A stretch of 64,000 nt of DNA, from positions 285,505 to 349,504 of the forward strand of contig JABHSG010000003.1 in the NCBI GenBank assembly GCA_018697095.1, written 5' to 3'. Position numbers and translations under genes: made by a program. Shown here piece after piece: positions 1 through 10,925 of the stretch; positions within the stretch are counted from its first letter, which is position 1; each line of letters starts with the position of its first letter. The notes below the pieces were generated by a model. It saw only the letters and a list, made by a program, of their open reading frames with translations, ran no database searches and was not told the DNA's origin. The stretch is from an archaeon (lineage in GTDB: Archaea > Nanobdellota > Nanobdellia > Woesearchaeales > GW2011-AR9).

Positions 1-219
1 GGTACAGATATTGGTGCTGGAAGAATAGTTGAAGTTCCACTTTTTGGTAGGTCTTCAAGAACAAAGCGTCTTTATGTAAACCATTCAGTTGGGTCACTTC
101 AATTTTTAACATTTAGTGGTGCTATAGGGAATGGACAAAGTGTTTTAGATCAAAGAGGCCTTGAAACCAGAATGGCTTTTTCAGGAAAAATAACAGAAAC
201 AATGTATAGTTATTTCTAA
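1..219 (+). CDS. 3' end of an uncharacterized protein, truncated by the window start
   Basis: Open frame 1 from position 1 to TAA at 217-219; no recognisable motif. Confidence 0.3.
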   Translation, partial: GTDIGAGRIVEVPLFGRSSRTKRLYVNHSVGSLQFLTFSGAIGNGQSVLDQRGLETRMAFSGKITETMYSYF

Positions 220-227
220 GGTGAAAA

Positions 228-725
228 ATGTTAGAATTATATGTGAGTGCGAAAACACCAATCCCTTCAAGACAGAGAGTTTATTTGCATAATCTTCTTG
301 ATACGCCTAGTTCCCCTTTAACTCGTTCTTCTGGTGAAGTCTTTCTTTCAAAAGAAGGGGGCCTTTATCAAGTTAGCAGAGTAGGAAATATTTGTAGTTT
401 GTTAACTAACCCAGTCCACCTAAACCCAATTGCAAGTTTAGCAATAACTCCAGCTTCTGTAGTTAGGTCAGAAAATGCAGGGATGGATGAAGTAATAGAT
501 TTTGCAAGAAAAAACGGTTTTGGAGCTTACCTGATTTATAATGGCCGTTTTACATATGGTTTTTCTGCGGCAGATAGCCAAAATCAAAGACAAGTTTTAT
601 CTTTAGACGGAGGAGAAAGACATCTTGCACTATCTTTTGCTCATAGAGATACTCCACAAGAACATGTTAGTTGGCATCCAAGAAAAGTAGCTAGTCCAGA
701 AAACATAAAACCAAGTTACGATTAA
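228..725 (+). CDS. hypothetical protein
   Basis: 165-aa ORF; no recognisable family motif. Confidence 0.35.
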   Translation: MLELYVSAKTPIPSRQRVYLHNLLDTPSSPLTRSSGEVFLSKEGGLYQVSRVGNICSLLTNPVHLNPIASLAITPASVVRSENAGMDEVIDFARKNGFGAYLIYNGRFTYGFSAADSQNQRQVLSLDGGERHLALSFAHRDTPQEHVSWHPRKVASPENIKPSYD

Positions 726-1180
726 ATATCTAAAAGAACTTGACACTCCCAGCCACTCTCTCCATTATCAAATTCTTTTTCAGAAACATCAAATAAGTGA
801 AGTGTGATTGCTTTAACATCCACAGTAAGTTCATGCTTGCCTTCTACAATCTCTTCACCATAGCATTTAGCAGATAACACATATTCTTCAACGCCAAAAT
901 CATTTTTTTCAACATGTACATCAATTTCAAATCGATTAAAAAACAAAATTTCAGAATCTTTATACAGAAGTAAATCATCTAGAAAATCAAATAATAAATA
1001 CTCTACACTCTTGTTTTTACCAGTAATTGTACGAACAACTTTTTCTTCAACAAGTTCCAAATCAGTTTGGGTATCAAAAACAGCTAGAGCTGCCTGTACA
1101 AACAAACCAGAAAGCGTACCAGCTTCAGCTCGAAATAACACATCAGCTGTGTGATCAATAAAGTAATACCTATCTTTCAT
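722..1180 (-). CDS. archease, the tRNA-ligase RtcB activator
   Basis: N-terminal MKDRYYFIDHTADVLF matches the archease DHTAD signature; ~150 aa is typical. Confidence 0.8.
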   Translation of the reverse strand: MKDRYYFIDHTADVLFRAEAGTLSGLFVQAALAVFDTQTDLELVEEKVVRTITGKNKSVEYLLFDFLDDLLLYKDSEILFFNRFEIDVHVEKNDFGVEEYVLSAKCYGEEIVEGKHELTVDVKAITLHLFDVSEKEFDNGESGWECQVLLDI

Positions 1181-1214
1181 TATTTCTCCTCAAAAACATC
1201 AATCTAATAAAAAC

Positions 1215-3800
1215 CTAACTAGCAAACTCACTACTTCTACTCTCGAACTCTTTAGCCTCATTTAAAAATCTCTCAATTGTTTTAACAACATGCTCCTTTT
1301 GAGTCCCAAGAATCCCAGCAACTTTCTCAACAATTGCTGCATTATCCAATTCTTCAGTAGCACCATCGCTTCCAGTAGAGCCAACTACTGATAACTCAAA
1401 CACAAATGGCTTTTTCTTCTTAACAGCTTTCTTACCTTTCTTCCATAAAACAAAAAGTGCAGCAGCATAATCTACTAACTCAGATGTTTTACAACCAAGT
1501 AATTCGCAAGCCTTCACCAGTACTTCATCTCCCTTAGACATGTAATCAGCAGCAGCATCGCCAGCCAAATAATGCAAGCGCACAACTCCATCGCTAATCT
1601 TAGATGAAGAAACAATTACAATCTGTAAAGCCTCAAGTGTGTTATTCAAATGTGTTCCACCACAAGCTTCAACATCAACTCCATCAATATCTACTATACG
1701 TAAACTTTTTCCTGGAGCAACTCCTCCCTGATAGATTCGAACACCAAAGGTTCTTTCAGCTTCTGTTCGTGGCATGAAAAAATTCCCAATATCAATTCCA
1801 CTTTTAACAATTCTATTTGCTTCATCTTCAATAGCTTTTTCCTGCAAAGCCGATAACGAAGAATAGTGAGTTACATCTAAATGTGCACGGTCAAGTTTTT
1901 TAACAGCGCCAGCTTGGTTAATGTGATTACCCAGTACAGTGCGCGCAGCAGCATTTACAATATGTGCAGATGTATGATGTTGACTAAGCTGTTTACGTCT
2001 ATCAAAATCAATTTCACATGAAACTTCATCGCCAACAGAAAAAGAAGCAGCAGAAGATAATTCATGTACAATGTATTTTCCATACCTAAACAATCCAGCT
2101 ACCTTAATCCCAGCAATACTCCCAGTATCATAATCTTGTCCGCCAGACTTTGGGTAAAAATAAGTTTCATCTAAAACAACTAAGCGATCATTAACATAAA
2201 CAACTCGGGAACTAAACTCTGTAGTTGACCAATTCTTGTAATACGACACCTTCGTTTCAATTAGAGCAGATAACACTGATTCACTCACAAGCTGCTCTTC
2301 CTTGGCACCAACTACTTTTTTACTTTCACGCGCCGCCTGCCGTTCAGAAACTAGCATGTAAAAGTTCTCGGGGACATCTACATGGCCACCATTCTCCTTA
2401 GCATAAGAACTAACCATTTCCGGAGTTATTCCTTGGCTATCATAAAGTTCAATTAACTTATCAGAATCCAAAGAACCAAAAGAAATATTTTTCAAAACTC
2501 CAGCAGCCTTTAATTTAGACATCCTATATTTTTCTTCTTCAACATCAAGTATTTTCAAAGTATCATCAATATTAGAAAGTAACTCAGGGTAAAAGCTTTC
2601 CAATTCCAAAGCATGCCACTTAGCAATTTCTTGTAAACTAACATCCCACTTAAATTTGTCAATAAAAGAAAGTGCCCTACGTAAGATAGCTCGTAAATTA
2701 TATCCTCCACCAGTATTACTAGGCAATTGCCCATCGTTAATAGAAATTAGTAGTGCACGAGAATGTTCAATCACAGAATATGCAGCCGCCATTGGCAAAA
2801 CTTTTTCCTGCAAACCAATTCGTCCACCAACAAAACCAAGCTTTTTTGCAACATCTTCCCATGCTTTCTCAATATCATCTACTTCATCGATATTCAAACT
2901 ACCTGCATAAACACTAAATCTACTAAGCAATTCTAAGTCATAATCAAGCGAAACCTTTTCTCTAAACTTCCCTAACACTTCTGGAAAAACTGCTTCATAA
3001 GAATTAGCAGTCCCTTGACTAAACCATGCAATCCTCTCCATTCCAAGACCCATGTCAAGTACTTTAATTCCAAGTTCCTTTCTACCAGTAGAGGTTTGCT
3101 CATACATCATATAGACTTGGTTAAATAATTCAAGTCCGCCAGAAAAAAATTCCATACAAGGTCCAAAATTTCCGCCACCAGCCCATGCATCTTCATGCAA
3201 GACCAACTCTTCTTTTGGAACCCCAACAACAGTTATTAAAAAATCAAATACATCTTTGAAAGCTTTATTCAAATCCCACTCGTCATGACCAACAAATTGA
3301 TGTTGTCCAATCATTACAAAACCCGTATAATGCGCTCCAGTAATTCCAACGTTATCAACATCTCCAAAACGTAAACAAAATTGTGGAATCACGAGCCTTT
3401 TTGCAGGAGGATCAACTTCTCCACTAATCACAAACGGTTGAAATGCAGCAATTGAAGCAATAGTAAAGTCAACTGTTGGATTCCACCTAGCTACTACTGG
3501 ATACCTATCAACACCTTGGTAACCACGTGATTCAAAATGAGATTTAAATTTCTCCCAAACTTGAATGTAAGATAATGAATTAACTCCTTCCTTTTTTCCT
3601 GCAACTGAGAACTCACCAACACATGCAGAATCTCCACAAACAGTTCGAGATGAATCAACAGACCAAAAATTCATCCCACACAAAGAACAGCTATCTCGAG
3701 AATATCCTTCAGCGCGCAATACTTCTACAGCATAAAACGAATCAGGTGAAGCTCCAGCCTCAACCTTAAACTCCTTTTTAATCTCCTTATCACTTTTCAT
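1215..3800 (-). CDS. alaS: alanyl-tRNA synthetase, archaeal type
   Basis: 861 aa; editing-domain HxxxH (HTSAHIVNAAARTVLGNH) and CGGTH motifs; N-terminal Cys-rich segment typical of archaeal AlaRS. Confidence 0.93.
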   Translation of the reverse strand: MKSDKEIKKEFKVEAGASPDSFYAVEVLRAEGYSRDSCSLCGMNFWSVDSSRTVCGDSACVGEFSVAGKKEGVNSLSYIQVWEKFKSHFESRGYQGVDRYPVVARWNPTVDFTIASIAAFQPFVISGEVDPPAKRLVIPQFCLRFGDVDNVGITGAHYTGFVMIGQHQFVGHDEWDLNKAFKDVFDFLITVVGVPKEELVLHEDAWAGGGNFGPCMEFFSGGLELFNQVYMMYEQTSTGRKELGIKVLDMGLGMERIAWFSQGTANSYEAVFPEVLGKFREKVSLDYDLELLSRFSVYAGSLNIDEVDDIEKAWEDVAKKLGFVGGRIGLQEKVLPMAAAYSVIEHSRALLISINDGQLPSNTGGGYNLRAILRRALSFIDKFKWDVSLQEIAKWHALELESFYPELLSNIDDTLKILDVEEEKYRMSKLKAAGVLKNISFGSLDSDKLIELYDSQGITPEMVSSYAKENGGHVDVPENFYMLVSERQAARESKKVVGAKEEQLVSESVLSALIETKVSYYKNWSTTEFSSRVVYVNDRLVVLDETYFYPKSGGQDYDTGSIAGIKVAGLFRYGKYIVHELSSAASFSVGDEVSCEIDFDRRKQLSQHHTSAHIVNAAARTVLGNHINQAGAVKKLDRAHLDVTHYSSLSALQEKAIEDEANRIVKSGIDIGNFFMPRTEAERTFGVRIYQGGVAPGKSLRIVDIDGVDVEACGGTHLNNTLEALQIVIVSSSKISDGVVRLHYLAGDAAADYMSKGDEVLVKACELLGCKTSELVDYAAALFVLWKKGKKAVKKKKPFVFELSVVGSTGSDGATEELDNAAIVEKVAGILGTQKEHVVKTIERFLNEAKEFESRSSEFAS

Positions 3801-3867
3801 AACACAAATTCAAGAGAAGCACACTTTTTAAATCTAGCTTTATAGTTTAACTACTACACCAACAGAA

Positions 3868-4599
3868 TTACTTTTTCCGAGCCTTAGCCATGCTCCATAA
3901 AATCTCAAAGTATTTTCTATATGCGTCAGCCACAGCTTTGCTATGCATCACAATCCCATGCATCGGCTGACCCCAAAGTATCAATGCAACTTTATCCCCA
4001 TAGATATGGGTAGGGTTTGGATTAAACAAATTGTCAGGTAACAGTTTATACTTAGATTGTTTTCCTTCAAAAAATGTAACTGCGCTCTCACGAGACAAAA
4101 GTTTCTCAACAAATCCAGCACGCTGCATTTTTGCAATATGCTGCTTGATCGCAATCGGATCAAAATCTAAAAACAGTTCTTCATCAATTCCCATAGCACA
4201 TAACTGACCACCGCAAGAAGACAAAGTTTTGAAAATGTCAGTATAAATATTACGTAGTACCAATTTACCTTTAATCACTTCAACTTGTGTTTCATCATGA
4301 TCCTTAAGATACATCTCTTTAAGTTTTGGAAGTACGGAATCAAATTCTAATTTTTTCTCATCCAAATAATCATGAATTTTTTCAGGATCCATTGCTTTGA
4401 AGTGTTTTGTTTTTCCAATTAGGACATATGATACAAATCCTTTCTCCAGTAATCTCTCCAAAGCATCATAGCAAACTTGTCGATGTAATCCCGACTTCCC
4501 CGCAAGCTTATACGCAGTAATCTCACCAACACTAATCAAGGTCAAATAAATTTCAACTTCATTAGCTGTTAGTCCAAGTTTTTTAAGTACGAGTCTCAT
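3868..4599 (-). CDS. TrmB-family transcriptional regulator (paralog 1)
   Basis: N-terminal winged HTH (LGLTANEVEIYLTLISVGEITAYKLAGKSGLHRQVCYDALERLLEKGFV) plus a C-terminal TrmB-like domain; paralogous to 61423..62175. Confidence 0.8.
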   Translation of the reverse strand: MRLVLKKLGLTANEVEIYLTLISVGEITAYKLAGKSGLHRQVCYDALERLLEKGFVSYVLIGKTKHFKAMDPEKIHDYLDEKKLEFDSVLPKLKEMYLKDHDETQVEVIKGKLVLRNIYTDIFKTLSSCGGQLCAMGIDEELFLDFDPIAIKQHIAKMQRAGFVEKLLSRESAVTFFEGKQSKYKLLPDNLFNPNPTHIYGDKVALILWGQPMHGIVMHSKAVADAYRKYFEILWSMAKARKK

Positions 4600-4712
4600 A
4601 GAGTTCTAAAAACCTTCATTCAATTAAAAGCCTTACTGCCGTAAAGATTCTTACGACTATCCTTTTTCTACAAGCTAATGCTCCACTCAAAAAACAAAAT
4701 GGAGAATAGAAT

Positions 4713-4949
4713 ATGATTGAATACAAACTAGAAGACGCAAATCTACCGTACGTAATCCCAACCACTAAAGGCATTGACCCAAATCAGCTAAACCCTAGTA
4801 TAGAAGTGGTGCCAAGAGTTATGTATGAGGCTCGCACAGCACCAACAAATGTGCCAATAGAAAGTACCGCAGCGGCAGCAGTTTTAGCAGGGTTAGTTTT
4901 TGCTGGAGTTTATGTTGCATCAAACATAGATAAGTGGAGAGGTAAATAA
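4713..4949 (+). CDS. small hypothetical protein with C-terminal transmembrane segment
   Basis: 78-aa ORF with a GGAGA RBS-like sequence upstream; hydrophobic C-terminus AAAAVLAGLVFAGVYVA. Confidence 0.35.
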   Translation: MIEYKLEDANLPYVIPTTKGIDPNQLNPSIEVVPRVMYEARTAPTNVPIESTAAAAVLAGLVFAGVYVASNIDKWRGK

Positions 4950-4964
4950 ACCAATAATTTACTT

Positions 4965-5951
4965 ATGGCACTCACAAAACTACTAATCACTTTCTTCAAC
5001 AAACATTTACTAAGAGATTTCTTTAAAGTAGATCTTAGTGGTATAGAGCGCAGTATCGCCGTAGACTCAGTTAAACAAAAATATGCCAAAGGTACTGGTT
5101 CTGCAATTCTTTCAGGCATTTTTCTAATTCCTGCAATTTTATTTTTAGACACAACTGTTCTGGTTTCTGTATTAATTCCAATAACTATGGTAGCAGGAAC
5201 TGCTTGGTTTGCAATTTCGCTAGCAAATGTTAGAAAAAAGTTCGAAGACTTTGGTTTAGAATTAACTACTGATATGTTTGAAGCTTTCGCAGCTTCACTA
5301 ATTATGCTTGCAATGCTAACCTTTTTCTCCTTACTACCTTTGCCAAAAAATCACTTAATAACCATAGCACAAACCAATCAACTAATCCCAATACTTGCAG
5401 CAGTTTTAGGGATTTGTGTAGTTTTCAGACTTCTGTACAAAGTTTTTCAAGGCTCAGTCAAGTATGATATAAACGATGCTATGTTAACAGGTCAAAACGA
5501 ATCAGCAGAACGTTTTTTCAAAAAATCACTTTCCTTATTACACACTTCAGCTGACAATCTACGTTCTGGCAAAGGACTTGAAGTAGCAAATTATTATCTT
5601 GGATTATCATTTTATGAGATCTACGCTTTTATTCAAGAGACTGGTATTTTGAATGGGAAACTTAAGGGTCTTATGAATAAAGCGCTTTTACTAAAACAAA
5701 ATCCAACAATGGAACAACTTCAAGCAGATGAAATTTCAATAGATCTGATTGAAAATTTTGTTTTTTATTCTAAAAATATTGAAGGTCAAAAATCAAACAA
5801 ATGTTTTGACCATATTAAAGATGAACTTCACTGCATTAAAAGCAACAAAGATGAACCTCAAGAGATAGTGGATGCCAGGCTTTCAACTATTTTCTCTGAA
5901 ATTGCAGAACTTCTAGAATTGCAAGGTGAATCACTTTTCAAAGCTAATTAA
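4965..5951 (+). CDS. integral membrane protein of unknown function
   Basis: 328 aa with several predicted TM helices in the N-terminal half. Confidence 0.5.
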   Translation: MALTKLLITFFNKHLLRDFFKVDLSGIERSIAVDSVKQKYAKGTGSAILSGIFLIPAILFLDTTVLVSVLIPITMVAGTAWFAISLANVRKKFEDFGLELTTDMFEAFAASLIMLAMLTFFSLLPLPKNHLITIAQTNQLIPILAAVLGICVVFRLLYKVFQGSVKYDINDAMLTGQNESAERFFKKSLSLLHTSADNLRSGKGLEVANYYLGLSFYEIYAFIQETGILNGKLKGLMNKALLLKQNPTMEQLQADEISIDLIENFVFYSKNIEGQKSNKCFDHIKDELHCIKSNKDEPQEIVDARLSTIFSEIAELLELQGESLFKAN

Positions 5952-6021
5952 TTGGTTTTTAACTACGTGTTAAATAATAAAATTCAGTCATTTTATATAC
6001 GGAAATCACCTTTCTTTTACT

Positions 6022-6360
6022 ATGAATGTCACTTCCCCAGAATTTCTTTCAACTATCGCAGGGCCAATTGCTGATACTGTAGGCTCAGTTGTAGCACCAT
6101 TCATGCAATGGATCAGTGTGGGAATAGGTGGGCTTTTTGGTTTGTATACTATATACTTTATTATCAAAATCTTAATAGATAAGCATCGGTTATCTGTACT
6201 TAACGAAGTAAAGGCTGAAGTTGATAGTTTAAGACAGCAAATGCCCAGTAAAGATGACATAAGAAAATTAACAGCCCTTTTAGAAAAAGACGCAAGGTTA
6301 AAATCAAATAACAAAAAAATCACGAAAACCAAATCCACTAAAACAAAAAAACGTAAATAG
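6022..6360 (+). CDS. small membrane protein with coiled-coil and Lys-rich C-terminal tail
   Basis: 112 aa with one TM helix (GIGGLFGLYTIYFIIKILI) and a KKITKTKSTKTKKRK tail. Confidence 0.4.
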   Translation: MNVTSPEFLSTIAGPIADTVGSVVAPFMQWISVGIGGLFGLYTIYFIIKILIDKHRLSVLNEVKAEVDSLRQQMPSKDDIRKLTALLEKDARLKSNNKKITKTKSTKTKKRK

Positions 6361-6367
6361 GTATTAC

Positions 6368-7066
6368 ATGGTCAAAATAACAATCCAAAAAGAGGTTTTC
6401 CAAAAAATCCCTGATCTAAAAATAGCTTTTTTCCATCTAACAAATGCAGACAATCAAAAAAATATCAAAGAATCAAAAATTCTAATTGAAGAAACTGCGC
6501 AGCTTGTAAGACTTCTTTATCATAAAGATTCAATTAGAACACATCATTTGATTTCGCCCTGGGAACTTGCCAGGCTCGATATGAAAAAAAAAATGGTTCC
6601 AATGCATTCTGCTGTTGAACACTTTTTTAGTATGGCGCTTCACTCTCAAAAAGTTTCTATCAATTCAAGTGCTGAAAACATCTTAAGGCACATTCTTTTT
6701 CGTCATATTGTTCCAGGCTCTACTGATGACTTGGATAAAATTCAAGGTGATATCACTTTCAAACTCGCAAAAAAAAATCAAAAACTTTCTTGGTTTACGC
6801 AGCTTAGTAAAAACGATTTGATTTACAAAGACCAATCAAATACTAATCCATACATTGGCGCTAAATTAGATTTTGCAAAAAGCCCTAGAACCAGAACCAG
6901 TAAATATTCTAAAAACATATTACTGCATCTTGATTTTCTTCCAATCATATCGCCAAGTAAACAAAGACAAATTATTACAGAAACAAAAAACCTTTTAGAA
7001 GCTTTTACAGATGCTAAAGTCAAAACAGCAATTCTCACTCAAAACAAGAACACTCACAGCTTCTAA
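6368..7066 (+). CDS. possible stand-alone B3/B4-domain (PheT-like tRNA-binding domain) protein
   Basis: N-terminus MVKITIQKEVFQKIPDLKIAFFHLTNADN resembles solo B3/4-domain proteins; weak and unverified. Confidence 0.4.
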   Translation: MVKITIQKEVFQKIPDLKIAFFHLTNADNQKNIKESKILIEETAQLVRLLYHKDSIRTHHLISPWELARLDMKKKMVPMHSAVEHFFSMALHSQKVSINSSAENILRHILFRHIVPGSTDDLDKIQGDITFKLAKKNQKLSWFTQLSKNDLIYKDQSNTNPYIGAKLDFAKSPRTRTSKYSKNILLHLDFLPIISPSKQRQIITETKNLLEAFTDAKVKTAILTQNKNTHSF

Positions 7067-7075
7067 AAATAATCC

Positions 7076-7828
7076 CTAAGCAGTAAAACTTTTGTTATTT
7101 TCATATGATTCCCTTGCAAACATATCTTCTGCCTCTGTTGCAAAATCAAGTAGTGTTGCTCTATAAGTCCGAACACCTTTTTCTCTTAATCGTTCATACA
7201 AATTATTGTAATCTGCATAAACATGATTCAATCCTGCACAATGCACAACACGCCCCTCTTTTTGCATAATAGTATCAATTGTAACATCATCTCGTTCATG
7301 TATAGATCTAGCATGTTCAGTATTGATATGTTTTGCAGGATTATCTAGAAACCAAAAATAATCTCTATCTACAATTAGTTGATGATTTTCATGGAAATTA
7401 GTCTCTTTATCAACAATTATATTTTGTATTCTTCTAAGAAATTTAACATAGTCATCTAATTGACCACTATAGGTGCCTTGTACCTTTTCATTTTCTGACC
7501 ACGTTATACTCTCTTCAAAGTTTCCTCTAAAGTATGCCATTGCGGCCATCCACGTACCACCAAGCATATTCAAAATCACATCTTTTTGAAATATAGTTAA
7601 TTCTGATTGTAGTAATTCTTCAAACAGGCATATTCTATCTTGAAGATATTCTGGTGTGCGAGCAGAGGTTTCAGTTGTTACATGATCTGGTTGGAAAGTT
7701 TCAAATGCCCTAAGGTAACGTCTTGCTAAACTAGGATCAATGTGCTGTTCTCCAATTAAAATCACTTCTGATGGTGGCATAACAACCAAAAACAAGCCTG
7801 TTTTAAAACAATTTTCAAAAAACAGCAA
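7076..7828 (-). CDS. possible TraB/GumN-family protein; start may be the internal Met near 7780
   Basis: VILIGEQHIDPS...FQPDHVTTE resembles the TraB/GumN N-terminal GTAH..PD..VavE motif; weak. Confidence 0.35.
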   Translation of the reverse strand: MLFFENCFKTGLFLVVMPPSEVILIGEQHIDPSLARRYLRAFETFQPDHVTTETSARTPEYLQDRICLFEELLQSELTIFQKDVILNMLGGTWMAAMAYFRGNFEESITWSENEKVQGTYSGQLDDYVKFLRRIQNIIVDKETNFHENHQLIVDRDYFWFLDNPAKHINTEHARSIHERDDVTIDTIMQKEGRVVHCAGLNHVYADYNNLYERLREKGVRTYRATLLDFATEAEDMFARESYENNKSFTA

Positions 7829-7884
7829 AAAAACAATGAACTAAGTTTAAATACTGTGATTTGTAAATTCACTGGATTAAAATT

Positions 7885-9720
7885 TTGCTTCAGCACAATT
7901 TAAATATAATCTCTAGCCCTTCGATCTCCATGTCATTCAAAACTAAACTGATCTTGCTTTTAGAACAAAATACCTCTATCCCTCAAGAAGATATCGCCAA
8001 CCTTCTAACAACTCCACCAAACCCTAAACTAGGTGACTTCGCTTTTCCTTGTTTCAAACTTGTGGATAAACAAGATCCCAAAAATAACAATCCAAAACTA
8101 GCCTCAGAAAATCTCAAAAAACTTTTAGAATCAAAAAAGCTCCCAAACTTCATTAAAGAAACAAAGGTAGTGGGGCCATACCTTAACTTCTTTCTTTCCC
8201 AAAGCACTTTAGCTAAATCTACTCTTACAAACATCCAAAAGCAAAAAGAAACTTACGGACACAATACCCCAGATAAAAAAAATCATATCTTAATAGAATT
8301 CTTTCACGCTAATACTCATAAGGCAGTACACATTGGTCATTTCAGAAACATTTGTACTGGAACCAGTATTGCTAAACTTCTTGAAGCGCAAGGTCACAAA
8401 GTCACTAGAATTAATTATCAAGGTGACGTTGGTCCACATGTAGCAAAAGCCATGTATGCTTACATGAATCTTGCAGACACAAAGAAAGCAGAGCTTTCTT
8501 GTGCAAGTGAGCAGAGCTCACTTTGCAAAAGTGAAGAACCAAAAACAAACAAAGGTATTTGGATTGGTAAACTCTACGCTCAAGGTTCTAAGGCAGGCAA
8601 AGAAGACCCCAAAATAGCACAAAAAATCAAAGAACTAAATACTACGATCTATTCACACAAAAACAAAGAAGTTGAAGCTGTTTGGCAAAAAACCAGGCAG
8701 TGGTGCCTTGACGACTTAGAAGAATTTTACAAAGAATTCGGCGTGAAATTTGACAAACTATATTTCGAAAGTGAAACCATTGAACCAGCAAAAAAGATTT
8801 TCCAAGAATTAATTGAAAAGAAAATTGCAGAGCATAGCGAAGGTGCAATCATTGTAAACCTTGAAGCTGAAAAATTAGCCATTTATGTGGCAATTACTTC
8901 TCAAGGTAATCCTACTTACAACGGAAAAGAAGTTGGTCTTGCAACAATTCATCAAAAAGATTTCAAATTCGATCAAATAATTCATGTGACTGGGTCAGAG
9001 CAAGAACTTTTCTTCAAGCAAGCTTTCAAAACTTATGAAAAAATGAATTGGGATTTGGCAAAAAAATCAACTCATGTCTCCTACGGTCTTGTAACTCTTC
9101 CACATGGGAAGATGAGTTCACGTGAAGGTACAGTTATCCTCTATAGGGAACTCTTCGACACTGGTTTTGAAAAAGCTAAAGAAGAAATAAAAAAACGTCA
9201 TCCAGATCTAAATTTAGGACAAACCAATAAACGTGCAAGGCAAATTTGTTTTGCAGCATTAAAGTACACTATGCTTCATACCAACAACAAACAAACAATT
9301 GTTTTTGATTGGAATACAGCTCTTGACATGGAAGGAAATTCTGGTCCATATCTGCAGTACGCTCACGCAAGATGTAACAGTATTCTCAAAAAAGCAAAAC
9401 TAAGTGAACTCAGCCCAGCAGATCCTAAAAGCACAGATTTCGATCTTTTCACAACAGATCAAGAAAAACAATTAATTCTGCAACTCAGTAAACTTCAAGA
9501 TACAGCTACTGAATCTGCAACCAAATACAAACCATATCTTTTAGCAATTTATACATATGAATTAGCAAAACTCTTCGCTAGTTTTTACGCAGCTTGTCAA
9601 GTCATTGATGAAAATAACAAAGAACTAACAGCGGCAAGGCTACTATTAACGCAGTCCACAAAACAAGTTCTCAAAAACGCACTAAACTTACTGGGAATTG
9701 AAGCGCCAGAGCAGATGTAA
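7885..9720 (+). CDS. argS: arginyl-tRNA synthetase
   Basis: 611 aa; class I HIGH motif (AVHIGHFRN); size and C-terminal DALR-like anticodon-binding region. Confidence 0.9.
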   Translation: MLQHNLNIISSPSISMSFKTKLILLLEQNTSIPQEDIANLLTTPPNPKLGDFAFPCFKLVDKQDPKNNNPKLASENLKKLLESKKLPNFIKETKVVGPYLNFFLSQSTLAKSTLTNIQKQKETYGHNTPDKKNHILIEFFHANTHKAVHIGHFRNICTGTSIAKLLEAQGHKVTRINYQGDVGPHVAKAMYAYMNLADTKKAELSCASEQSSLCKSEEPKTNKGIWIGKLYAQGSKAGKEDPKIAQKIKELNTTIYSHKNKEVEAVWQKTRQWCLDDLEEFYKEFGVKFDKLYFESETIEPAKKIFQELIEKKIAEHSEGAIIVNLEAEKLAIYVAITSQGNPTYNGKEVGLATIHQKDFKFDQIIHVTGSEQELFFKQAFKTYEKMNWDLAKKSTHVSYGLVTLPHGKMSSREGTVILYRELFDTGFEKAKEEIKKRHPDLNLGQTNKRARQICFAALKYTMLHTNNKQTIVFDWNTALDMEGNSGPYLQYAHARCNSILKKAKLSELSPADPKSTDFDLFTTDQEKQLILQLSKLQDTATESATKYKPYLLAIYTYELAKLFASFYAACQVIDENNKELTAARLLLTQSTKQVLKNALNLLGIEAPEQM

Positions 9721-9750
9721 ACAAATAATACAACAACAAATATAATCAAA

Positions 9751-10299
9751 ATGACACTATATTTCATTACTGGAAACAAACATAAACTTGACGAAGCTAA
9801 ATTAATTTTAGGAGATGACCTTCAATCCACAAAACTTGACCTAACTGAAATCCAAAGTATGGATTCAAAAGTTATAATCTCGCATAAACTAAAAGAAGCA
9901 ATCAAACTTCATCCTGATAAACACTTATTTTGCGAAGACGTTTTCTTTAACATTAAATCATTAAATAATTTTCCTGGACCACTAATCAAATGGTGGAACC
10001 AAACAATCAATAATCAATTAACTTCTGACCTCATCAAACAATTTGATGACTACTCAGCAATTGCTGGGGCTATGATAGGTTATTGGGATACAAAAAAGAT
10101 GCATTTTTTCGAAGGGAAGGTAGAAGGAATTATTACGCAGCCAAAAGGAGAATCTGGTTTTGGTTTTGACCCAATTTTCCAGCCAGATGGTCACAATCAA
10201 ACTTTTGCTCAAATGGGGATCGAAAAAAAATCTAAGGTCAGTCATCGTGCAGCAGCCCTTAAAAACTTCCAAATATTCTTAAATCAGAACAAAAAGTAA
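9751..10299 (+). CDS. non-canonical purine NTP pyrophosphatase (Ham1/RdgB/ITPase family)
   Basis: MTLYFITGNKHKLDEA N-terminus, GFGFDPIF and SHRAAA motifs typical of ITPases. Confidence 0.85.
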   Translation: MTLYFITGNKHKLDEAKLILGDDLQSTKLDLTEIQSMDSKVIISHKLKEAIKLHPDKHLFCEDVFFNIKSLNNFPGPLIKWWNQTINNQLTSDLIKQFDDYSAIAGAMIGYWDTKKMHFFEGKVEGIITQPKGESGFGFDPIFQPDGHNQTFAQMGIEKKSKVSHRAAALKNFQIFLNQNKK

Positions 10300-10306
10300 C
10301 TTCTCC

Positions 10307-10891
10307 ATGGATAATCAACCTAATCTTTCAAAACCCCAAAACGAAGTGAATGGTGGTTTAAAAATTTTAACCGAATTTTCAAAACCGTACGCTCCATCAA
10401 TTCTTTGCCAATTAAATGGTGGCTGCATGGGCTGTTGTGGTCACAGTTTTGAAAATGAAAAATCAATTAAATATGCGATTCATAAAAACACATTAGAATT
10501 CAACAATAAAATCCCAAAAACAAAACAAGAGTTCGAAGAATTCAGAGACCGCGAACTTTCTCAAAACTTAAGAAATGGTGTTTGTAGAAATCTGATCCAA
10601 ATAAATAATCAAGAAGTACAAACTAATAACAAACCTTCTTGTCAATTTCTTTGTCCACTTCACCCAACCCGTCACAAAAGTAAAGAGGATTTAAGACTTG
10701 GTCATTGCGATATACACTATCTTTGTAAATCCGCTAAAATTTTCAAAGATTGGGACAAAAAAACTCAAGAAGAATTTCTCAATTACATCAAAACAAAACA
10801 ACTCAGCAATATTCAATATTCTTTAAAGATGGACGACAATAGCATACTTGAAGAGTTTCAACACCTTCAAAACAATCATTCAAAAGACTAA
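10307..10891 (+). CDS. Cys-rich hypothetical protein
   Basis: 194 aa; unusual CQLNGGCMGCCGH cluster plus four more Cys/His pairs; no known family recognised. Confidence 0.45.
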   Translation: MDNQPNLSKPQNEVNGGLKILTEFSKPYAPSILCQLNGGCMGCCGHSFENEKSIKYAIHKNTLEFNNKIPKTKQEFEEFRDRELSQNLRNGVCRNLIQINNQEVQTNNKPSCQFLCPLHPTRHKSKEDLRLGHCDIHYLCKSAKIFKDWDKKTQEEFLNYIKTKQLSNIQYSLKMDDNSILEEFQHLQNNHSKD

Positions 10892-10925
10892 GTTTTATAA
10901 AGCACCTAATTTCAACAAACAATTC

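Noticed and set aside
2656-2910. 84-aa ORF antisense within alaS
   Set aside because: Embedded antisense in a well-supported long CDS. The same reasoning applies to 3981..4163, 27049..27648, 28373..28934, 37349..37564, 52625..52870 and 54112..54525.
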